Shown piece by piece: positions 1 through 7,867 of a stretch of DNA of 64,000 nucleotides. Made by a program: the position numbers and the translations under genes. The stretch is taken from IMG/VR virus record IMGVR_UViG_3300049320_000001, positions 1 to 64,000 of that record; one strand, written 5' to 3'. This DNA is from a virus. Taxonomy: Duplodnaviria; Caudoviricetes. The notes below the pieces were generated by a model, which had not been told where the DNA came from, ran no database searches, and saw only the letters and a list, made by a program, of their open reading frames with translations. Position 1 is the stretch's first letter. Each line of letters begins with the position of its first letter.

Positions 1-2
1 GG

Positions 3-515
3 TACGAGCAGCGCATCCTGATGACGGTCCTGGCGGACTTCATTCTCGTGGGCCACCAGGACACCGGCTCCTACGCCCTGCACACCGACAAGACCGGGAT
101 CTTCCGGTCCTCCCTCAACTCCTTCGCCAACGCCATCGCGGACGTACTCAACCGGCACGAGATCCCGCGCCTCTTCGCCCTCAACGGGTGGAAGTTGACC
201 GCGATGCCGAAGATCGTCCCGTCTGACGTGGACGCGCCTGACCTCACCGAGTTGGGTGGCTTCATCGGGGCCATGACCCAGGCGGGCATGACCTTCTTCC
301 CCGACCCGGACCTGGAGGAGTTCATCCGCTCTGCTGCCAAGTTGCCGCAGAAGAGCGAGGAGACCCTAATGCTCCAGGCCCAGGCAGAGGCCCAGAGGGC
401 TGCTCAGGAGGCGGCGTACAACGCCATGGCACAAGCAGGACTTGGTGGCCCACCCGGTGGTGGAATGGGTGGAGATCCTTCTGGGCCTCCCGAGGAAAGC
501 GAGCCCGCGCTGTGA
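3..515 (+). CDS. Portal protein, C-terminal part (5' truncated by window)
   Basis: Frame open from base 3 (YEQRILMTVLADFILVGHQ..GSYAL..FANAIADVLNRHEIPRLFALNGW) resembles DUF935-type portal C-termini; directly upstream of head genes. Confidence 0.75.
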   Translation, partial: YEQRILMTVLADFILVGHQDTGSYALHTDKTGIFRSSLNSFANAIADVLNRHEIPRLFALNGWKLTAMPKIVPSDVDAPDLTELGGFIGAMTQAGMTFFPDPDLEEFIRSAAKLPQKSEETLMLQAQAEAQRAAQEAAYNAMAQAGLGGPPGGGMGGDPSGPPEESEPAL

Positions 516-3253
516 GCGTGATGGAGTACGAGAAGCACGGTTACGCCGAGCACATCGGTGACACCCTGCTTGCAGGCATCGTGGCTCGGGACGTGTACAC
601 CCACTGGGACGATGACGTTTGGCGTAACGCCTTCATCATGGCTGTGGGTGACTACTGCGAGAACCAGGTCATCGCCCACCAGGACGAACTGAACAAGTGG
701 ATCAAGATCGCCCAGGAGAAGGCGGTCGCCAAGGCCCGTCAGTCCGTGGTGAAGGCCTACCTGGTCTCCAAGGCTGCTCAGACCAAGGTGGACCCCTACA
801 CCCGTCGTGATGGCACCCACGTCGGTGGCTACAAGCGCACCTACCGTCCTGCTCGCTCTCCGCAGCAGGAGATCCCTCGGGGTCAGTCCATGCACCCCCA
901 GGACTACAACCGCGAGCAGAGCGCTGCCATGACGGCAGCGATGGTCGAGGCCTACAACCGCAAGGTGGACCCGAAGCACCACGGGTTGCAGACCGTCGCG
1001 TACTACATCGAGGACCCGATGGGGAACCTCCGCGTGGAGACCCCGGACCCTGGTAGCACTCCGTCCCTCAAGGATGGGGAGTTCGTCCGCCGTCAGCAGG
1101 CGCTGGGCTTCCAGAACCCTGCCAACTCCGGTCAGCACGCGGTCAACCTGGCTCAGGCCTTGGGTGCCAACCACGAGAAGGCTGGCTCTGCCGGTGCTGT
1201 CGTGCAGGGTGTCTCCGACATCGGCAAGGAGCACAACTGGTTCCAGCGGCTGTCCTCCATGTCGAACGTCCTGCACCACGCCACGGGTGGTTCTGGCGGT
1301 CCTGTGCCGGTCCAGGTGGCCACGGCGATGGGTGCTGCGGTGGGCCAGCACGGTCCCGAGGTCTCTCGGGTTCTGGGGCCGTCCATCCGTCGCTACTCCT
1401 ACAAGTACCGGGGGATGACTGCCTCTCCCGCCCAGTTCAACTCCACGGCACGTTCCGGCCTCCAGGAGGGTGAAGGTGGACCACGGCAGTTCGAGGCGCG
1501 TCTACTCCACACCTTGGCTTCTACTGACAAGTCAACGGGTGGACTTGGGGCCGTGCCGACTGACGCTCAGAACGCCCTGCTGCTCCAGAGTGGCTCCACG
1601 GCCCCGTCGCAGGGCTTCCTTCTCGACGCGAAGGGCAAGGTGACCCAGCAGGCTGTCGGTCACGCGGATGACCACTACGTCCCCTTCAACCTGGCCCAGT
1701 TGCACACCCTCAAGAACGGCTCGTACGTGCGTTCGAGGGCGTACGGCGGTCCCACCACTGAGGACGTCTCCCTGGCTATGCGTAGCGGGGCACGCCGGAT
1801 CTCCACCATCTCTCGTCACGGTGTGTACACGATCGAGTTCGACCCTCGGGCGAACACGAAGCGTTACGGCTACACCCCGCGCCAGGTCGTCCACCGCTAC
1901 GGGCGGCTGCTGGATGCCATCGAGAGCGGCAAGGTCAAGGACCCCAACAACGCTGACCAGATCCTCAAGTTGGACGCAAGGGGCTACGAGGTTGCCCTCC
2001 AGTCCCTCAAGGCGCAGTACCCCCTGCTGATCGCTGAAGTCCGCCACGAGGGCGCTGGTCAGATCCCTGCTCTTGAGGGTCGGCGCGCTGGCTCTGGTGA
2101 GAGGGACACCGGTTACGTCCGCCCGATGTACCTCAAGCCCAGTGATGCCAAGGCTGGCTACCACGACGCGCTGCTCAACCCTGGTGGCTCCAAGTCCTAC
2201 GACGAGTTGGAGGGCTACCGCTCTCTGAAGGCCACTCGTCTGAAGATGGAGAAGGCCAGGGCTGAGGAGATCCGCAGGCAGGAGCAGCAGCCACGCTCTG
2301 TCGCTGTTCAGCAGCACTACCGCACAGGCGGTGTCGTCCCCATCGGGGTGGCCCAGCGCAACCCAGGTGAGGCCAACCGGGCTGAGGCTGCTGGGACTGA
2401 CACAGGTGCAGTTGTGCGTAGTTACGACTACCGCCGTGACCCGTGGAGTGCTGAGCACCACGCGGAGATGCTGGGCCACGCTGAGGCTCTGATCCGTCAT
2501 CACCTCGCCCGCTCGCAGGAGACGGGGGAGAGGCCCGACGAGTTCGCCGTCGAGTGGTACAACATCTTCAAGGGTGCCCGTAACGGCGACCCCGACATGA
2601 TCGAGAAGTTGGAGAAGGTCCGCACGGGCGAAGGTGGCCACCGCGAGGACCTGATCGACGGCCTCAACACCCTCGACCTCGATGAGAGCGCTGACGGGGA
2701 CTCGGGCCTCATCACCCACTGGCAGGGCTTCCAGGACGGGTTGATCGAGAGCGGGGACGACGAGGGCTACGTCCGCGAGGTTGACCAGCACGGCGTGGAG
2801 AGTGTCGCGTCGGTCCAGGCCGATCCCGACTGGGCTGAGGCTGAGAAGCACCGGATCTTCACCATCTGGAAGAAGGACCCGAACCTCGGTGAGGCCAAGC
2901 GCAAGCAGGTCCACGAGTGGTTCGAGGAGCCTGCTGGCGAGAACGACCTCGGCTACGAGGAGACGGAGCCCAGGGGTGCTTACTGGGACGACCCGGAGTT
3001 GGACCTGGAGTTCGCCCACGAGGATGACTTCGGGCTTGCGCTGACCCCGTACCAGCAGATGGCCAACCGGATGGCGCGGGCCAAGGGTCAGAAGCCACCC
3101 TTCAAGCCTGCGGAGGACGCTGAGCCCACTGCTGTCGAGATCGACTCAGGGGCACGGGAGGGCATGACCGAGGAGGAGTTGGACGAGGCTGCTCGCAAGT
3201 ACGCCGAGAAGCAGATCCGCGACCTTGGTGGCCTTGACGATGACTACTCCTGA
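512..3253 (+). CDS. Large head accessory protein (913 aa) with degenerate JAB/MPN-like domain
   Basis: Between portal and MuF gene; ca. 1600-1860 FLLDAKG..VG....V....LKNGSYVRSRAYGGPTTEDV..A..SG..ISTISRHGVYTIEF follows the JAB pattern but lacks HxH; acidic C-terminus. Confidence 0.6.
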   Translation: MSVMEYEKHGYAEHIGDTLLAGIVARDVYTHWDDDVWRNAFIMAVGDYCENQVIAHQDELNKWIKIAQEKAVAKARQSVVKAYLVSKAAQTKVDPYTRRDGTHVGGYKRTYRPARSPQQEIPRGQSMHPQDYNREQSAAMTAAMVEAYNRKVDPKHHGLQTVAYYIEDPMGNLRVETPDPGSTPSLKDGEFVRRQQALGFQNPANSGQHAVNLAQALGANHEKAGSAGAVVQGVSDIGKEHNWFQRLSSMSNVLHHATGGSGGPVPVQVATAMGAAVGQHGPEVSRVLGPSIRRYSYKYRGMTASPAQFNSTARSGLQEGEGGPRQFEARLLHTLASTDKSTGGLGAVPTDAQNALLLQSGSTAPSQGFLLDAKGKVTQQAVGHADDHYVPFNLAQLHTLKNGSYVRSRAYGGPTTEDVSLAMRSGARRISTISRHGVYTIEFDPRANTKRYGYTPRQVVHRYGRLLDAIESGKVKDPNNADQILKLDARGYEVALQSLKAQYPLLIAEVRHEGAGQIPALEGRRAGSGERDTGYVRPMYLKPSDAKAGYHDALLNPGGSKSYDELEGYRSLKATRLKMEKARAEEIRRQEQQPRSVAVQQHYRTGGVVPIGVAQRNPGEANRAEAAGTDTGAVVRSYDYRRDPWSAEHHAEMLGHAEALIRHHLARSQETGERPDEFAVEWYNIFKGARNGDPDMIEKLEKVRTGEGGHREDLIDGLNTLDLDESADGDSGLITHWQGFQDGLIESGDDEGYVREVDQHGVESVASVQADPDWAEAEKHRIFTIWKKDPNLGEAKRKQVHEWFEEPAGENDLGYEETEPRGAYWDDPELDLEFAHEDDFGLALTPYQQMANRMARAKGQKPPFKPAEDAEPTAVEIDSGAREGMTEEELDEAARKYAEKQIRDLGGLDDDYS

Positions 3254-5690
3254 TCTTGAGGCACTGAGCCAGCCCTACCTTCCGAATGCCTCCTCTTCTC
3301 GGGAGGTGGACATCACGAAGTCGATGGCTCAGGTGTTCCTCACTGCTGTTGTCGCGGCCAAGATCCTGGACTGGTCAGGGCTGGGTCAGAGGTGGTCGAG
3401 GTCTGGGTTCAACACGGGTGACTTCGATGTCCAGATCTCGGGCCACTTCAAGGAGGCCTTCAAGGTCGGGATGTCTGTCTTGCTGGCTGAGGCAGCCATC
3501 TACGGCATCTCCAAGAAGGGCGTGGATGTCAAGGTCGAGGACAAGGTCATTCAGGACTGGTCCATCACCTATGCCGCTCAGATCGCTGAGCAGGTCGCCA
3601 ACCAGTCCACCATGGCGGTCAGAGAGATCGTCAACGCAGGGCTGAACCAGCGCCTTCCTGCCCAGGCCCTGGCGGATCGGGCTCAGGCTGCCTACGGGCT
3701 GGACCCGAGGTCGGCCAACACCTACCAGGCCTACATGAGCAGCAAGACCCTGCCCAAGAACAGCACCCCTATCGATGAGGTGTCGGCCCTGCTTGTGCAG
3801 CGGGCGATGACCATCGGGGACGTGAACACCTTCACGGGCATCAACTTCGGGGTCCAGTTGAGCCTGATGTCCGCTCTGGGGCACGGAATCCTTCCCACTG
3901 ATGCCCGCAAGGTGTGGCTCACCGCTCTGGATGAGCGGGTCTGTCCTACCTGTGGACCGATGGACGGTGTGGCAGTCCCGGTGAACGAGGTGTTCACCAT
4001 CCTCATGCCCCTGCCCAAGACCGCGAGGGGCAAGAACCGCAAGAGCGTGGACGCCATCGTCCCGCCGATCCACCCCAACTGCCGCTGCACCATCGTCCTG
4101 GAGGACGAGTTCCTCGGCGGGTTGATCACTCGTACGGCTCGGTACGACGCTGACGCCAACCACCTGGCTCGTCTGTTCTCCGAGCCGGAAGACCTGGTCG
4201 TCCAGAAGTTCTGGGAGTCCAACAAGCACCCCCGAGACGGCAAGGGGCGCTTTGCGGAGCGCTGGGGGAACATGAGTTCTGGCCAGCGAACTACGGCTGT
4301 CTACATGGGTGGGGCAGTTGGCATTGCCAGTGGGGCCATGATCGCGGACATCAGCAATCACCTGGTCAAGATGATCAAGGGCACGACTGAGGGCAAGTCG
4401 TGGTGGGACGTCAAGTACCCGACCTACACCTACTACAAGGCTCCTGTTGAACTCCCACCTAAGCCCACCTTGGCCAAGGAGACACTCAACAGTCTCGCTG
4501 CGAGGATGAACCTTCTACCTGAGTTCTCTCTCGGTGGGTCCAATCTGATTGAACAGACTTTCAAGAACCGTGACGAAGTCGCGTACCTGAAGCATCTATC
4601 AGAAGACATCAGGCAATGGACTGGTGTGTACAGGTTCAAGTCTGGTGGTTTCTCCCTAGGTAAGTACGAGACTCTTACCGAGATGGTGGAGAACGCTCCT
4701 GTCAGCGAAGAGACCATCTATCGCGGGATCAAGGGGAAGACCAGTGATCCCAAACTCAAGAAGGCGCTGGAGGAACTGACTGGCAAGTTGAGTCTTGTCG
4801 GTGAAGAAGTAGAACTACCACTTGCCTCTTGGACCAAGAACACCGAGACAGCAAAGATCTTCGCTGACGACATCCACAAGAGCGGCATTATCCTCCAGGT
4901 GAAGGGGGCTCGGGCTCTCAACATCAGCCCGATGTCACACCATGCCGAGGCTGAATGGCTGACGACTGGTCACTTCAAGGTGGTCTCTGTCGAGGCGAAG
5001 GACGCCCGGATGGGTGGCCGACTTCTCGTCACCTTGGTCCAGGTTGCCCATGTCGTGAAGGCGATGCCGCTCAATCTCATCTACCGGGACAGGTTGGGTC
5101 GGTTCGCTGCTGCGGGGGCTGGGGTTGCCGCCATCGGTGCGGGAGCCAAGGGTGCCCACTACATGGCAGTCGAGGCCCCCATTGCTGGGCGGACTCGTCC
5201 CGAGTTGAACTCACGGCTTCAGAAGACAGACCAGCGGATCAAGCACCTTCAGACCGGGACGTACATGCTCCCGCGTTCCTACCTGGATGCTCACAGGCGT
5301 GCGTGGGGGTTCCGCATCGGTCAAGACGCCCATGTCGATGCCCTCGCTGCCAAGATCAAGGAGGAGGGCTTCAAGAGGCCCATCACCCTCCACGTCTACA
5401 ACGACCAGTCCGTCATCTGGGACGGTCAGCACCGCCTAGAGGCTGCCTACCGACTCGGTCGTAGTCGCATCCCTGTTCGCGTGGTGCGTCGGCACGAGGA
5501 CTTCGATCCCTTCCAGGAGGGGTTGCTGGGGCTGATCGAGGAGCGCCGTACCCGCAGGCTCCGGCAGGAGATCGCCCGACGTCCAAACCAGAATGTGGGC
5601 AGTCTAAAGATCGGCCAGACCCCGCGTCAGAGGATTAGCAACAACGTCAACAGGGTCTTCATCGCCCGTGGCGAGGGCCAGACCGACTAA
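3240..5690 (+). CDS. MuF/SPP1 gp7-like head morphogenesis protein fused to ADP-ribosyltransferase and ParB/Srx-like domains
   Basis: KVWLTALDERVCPTCGPMDG..PPIHPNCRCTI (MuF); IYRGI..LASWT..AEAEWL (R-S-ExE ART); VDALAAKIKEEGFKRPI..WDGQHRLEAA..L..IPVRV (ParB-N). ATG 3240 preferred over TTG 3225. Confidence 0.85.
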   Translation: MTTPDLEALSQPYLPNASSSREVDITKSMAQVFLTAVVAAKILDWSGLGQRWSRSGFNTGDFDVQISGHFKEAFKVGMSVLLAEAAIYGISKKGVDVKVEDKVIQDWSITYAAQIAEQVANQSTMAVREIVNAGLNQRLPAQALADRAQAAYGLDPRSANTYQAYMSSKTLPKNSTPIDEVSALLVQRAMTIGDVNTFTGINFGVQLSLMSALGHGILPTDARKVWLTALDERVCPTCGPMDGVAVPVNEVFTILMPLPKTARGKNRKSVDAIVPPIHPNCRCTIVLEDEFLGGLITRTARYDADANHLARLFSEPEDLVVQKFWESNKHPRDGKGRFAERWGNMSSGQRTTAVYMGGAVGIASGAMIADISNHLVKMIKGTTEGKSWWDVKYPTYTYYKAPVELPPKPTLAKETLNSLAARMNLLPEFSLGGSNLIEQTFKNRDEVAYLKHLSEDIRQWTGVYRFKSGGFSLGKYETLTEMVENAPVSEETIYRGIKGKTSDPKLKKALEELTGKLSLVGEEVELPLASWTKNTETAKIFADDIHKSGIILQVKGARALNISPMSHHAEAEWLTTGHFKVVSVEAKDARMGGRLLVTLVQVAHVVKAMPLNLIYRDRLGRFAAAGAGVAAIGAGAKGAHYMAVEAPIAGRTRPELNSRLQKTDQRIKHLQTGTYMLPRSYLDAHRRAWGFRIGQDAHVDALAAKIKEEGFKRPITLHVYNDQSVIWDGQHRLEAAYRLGRSRIPVRVVRRHEDFDPFQEGLLGLIEERRTRRLRQEIARRPNQNVGSLKIGQTPRQRISNNVNRVFIARGEGQTD

Positions 5691-5725
5691 GCGACAAGCA
5701 AGGCTCTGAAAGCGAGGCTGGTCTC

Positions 5726-7807
5726 ATGGGTGACGTGTTGAAGGCTGCGGCAGAGGCTGCGTGGAAGACTGACCCGGCCTTTCAGACAGTGGCCAAGTTC
5801 CTCTACGGCGACGATGTCGATCTTGACGAGATCATCCAGGACATCTCCAAGATGGACCCTGCTCCTGCCGACCTCCACGCTCCCGGTGTCGAGGACGATG
5901 AGGAAGAGGACGACGAGGACGAGGTCAAGAAGAAGAACGACCACCATGACGAGCACAGTGGTCGGTTCGTCTCTCGGGGCCGGAGGGCTGTCCAGGTAGG
6001 GGCCGAGGTTGGCTCGGCAGGTCTGCTGGGTGGCCTGGCTGCCTACTCGACGTACAAGTCCCCCCTTCTGGCCAAGGAGACTCTTGAGGCTGCCCGTGCT
6101 GGCCGCAAGATCAAGGCGGTCAAGGAGGGGGCTAAGACCGTTGGCCTTGCTGGTACTGGTCTGACGTCTGCCGTTGCGGCTGGGGAGAACGCCCAGGACG
6201 CTCACGACGAACTGCGGGGGCGCAAGGGGAAGCAGATCTTCGGGGTCAAGGCTGCCCGCCTTGAGGACCCTGTTCGTCTTCTGGGCGAGGCTGTCGCCAA
6301 GAACCTGATCACTCCCCAGCAGGCCATCGTCATCGCCAAGGAGTTGACCGACAAGCAGCGTCGTGGTGGTACCGCTGTCCTGTCTGGTATTGGTGCTGTG
6401 GCTGGGGCTGGTGGGTTGGCCTACGGCATCCACGACGCGAAGGTAAAGCGCAGGCTGGGCAGGAAGATCCCGCTCAAGACCAAGGCGCTGATCCCTCTGG
6501 AGATCGCTGGTCTGACGGGTGAGATTGCTGCCACCCACATCCTCCATGACGACGTGAAGCACAAGAAGCCTGTTGTAGGTGTGAAGGCTGCTCGTGACAA
6601 CCGGGACCGGGACAGTCTTAGCGCCGTTGCTGGTGGTACTGGTGTGGCGCTTGGGTCCGAGAAGGCTGCTGAGGCAGCCCGCATCAAGATGCTGGCTCGT
6701 CATACCGTCAAGGATGCAAGTCTCTACAACTTCGTTCACGCGCATGAAGGCAAAGAGTTGGCCGACATGGTGATGAACGACTCTGGCAAGAAGACCAAGG
6801 CCATCAACGCTGCTGCCAGGAAGGGTGGCAAGGCTGGTGTCGCTCTCGGTGCTACTGCCGCTGTCGCTGGTGGGGCCAAGTTGCTCCATGACGCCCACGC
6901 CAAGAAGAACTTCGACCCGGATGACCACGAGGTCACCTGGGAGGGCGAGTTCTCCAAGATCGATGAGGACAAGCGCCAGGTCTTCGGCTGGGCCTCCGTG
7001 ACGGAGATCGACGGCCAGCCCGTCGTGGACCTCCAGGGGGACTACATCCACCCCTCGGAGATGGAGCGTGCTGCTTACGACTACGTGGTCAAGTGCCGTG
7101 TCGGTGGTGACATGCACTCCCGTGTTGACGCTGACGGCAACCTGATCGAGAAGGGTGACCGTCCGCTCCACATCTCCGACATGATCGAGTCGATGGTCTT
7201 CACCCCAGAGAAGGTGGAGAAGTTGGGCCTCCCTGAGGGCTCGCTCCCCACTGGTTGGTGGGTCGGCTTCAAGGTCAACGATGACAAGACCTGGGACCTG
7301 GTGAAGAGCGGGGAGCGTCAGGGCTTCTCGATCCACGGCATGGGGGCGCGGATGGAGAAGCGCCTCGATGAGATCGGCAAGTCGAAGGACCCCATCGAGA
7401 CCTTGATCGAGAAGGCCTACGACTACTCCGACACCATCGAGGAGTTCCACGAGAACCTCGACGCGATCTACGAGCGGACCGGCCTGGAGGTCTTCAAGGC
7501 TGTCGGCACCCAGAACCGCTCTGGGTCTACCGCCCAGCGGCAGGACGCCTACGCCCAGCACTACCTCCAGCAGGCCACCCAGATGATGGCCCCGCAAGTC
7601 GCTCAGCACATCCAGCAGTTGCAGCAGCAGCAGTGGCAGATGCAGCAGATGGAGCAGCAGTCCCTCCAGAACGGTGCCCAGCAGCAGAACTGGCAGACCC
7701 TGAGCCAGATGGGTCCACGCCCTGCTTCTGGCCCGACTGGTCCTACCGGTCCCAGTGTTGGTCCTTCCGCCCCCGCTGGACCTAGTGGCCCAACTATGGC
7801 GTTCTAG
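5726..7807 (+). CDS. XkdF-like (peptidase S78-type) prohead protease with long N-terminal extension
   Basis: KIDEDKRQVFGWASV..DLQGDYI..EMERAAYDY..GGDMH..ESMVFT..GWWVGFKVNDDKTWDLVKSGERQGFSIHG; Q-rich and GPT-repeat tail. Confidence 0.85.
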   Translation: MGDVLKAAAEAAWKTDPAFQTVAKFLYGDDVDLDEIIQDISKMDPAPADLHAPGVEDDEEEDDEDEVKKKNDHHDEHSGRFVSRGRRAVQVGAEVGSAGLLGGLAAYSTYKSPLLAKETLEAARAGRKIKAVKEGAKTVGLAGTGLTSAVAAGENAQDAHDELRGRKGKQIFGVKAARLEDPVRLLGEAVAKNLITPQQAIVIAKELTDKQRRGGTAVLSGIGAVAGAGGLAYGIHDAKVKRRLGRKIPLKTKALIPLEIAGLTGEIAATHILHDDVKHKKPVVGVKAARDNRDRDSLSAVAGGTGVALGSEKAAEAARIKMLARHTVKDASLYNFVHAHEGKELADMVMNDSGKKTKAINAAARKGGKAGVALGATAAVAGGAKLLHDAHAKKNFDPDDHEVTWEGEFSKIDEDKRQVFGWASVTEIDGQPVVDLQGDYIHPSEMERAAYDYVVKCRVGGDMHSRVDADGNLIEKGDRPLHISDMIESMVFTPEKVEKLGLPEGSLPTGWWVGFKVNDDKTWDLVKSGERQGFSIHGMGARMEKRLDEIGKSKDPIETLIEKAYDYSDTIEEFHENLDAIYERTGLEVFKAVGTQNRSGSTAQRQDAYAQHYLQQATQMMAPQVAQHIQQLQQQQWQMQQMEQQSLQNGAQQQNWQTLSQMGPRPASGPTGPTGPSVGPSAPAGPSGPTMAF

Positions 7808-7867
7808 TGGACGACAATCCCACTCACCCAATGCCACGCTCCGTAACAGACGAAGGGAGGTTCAACC

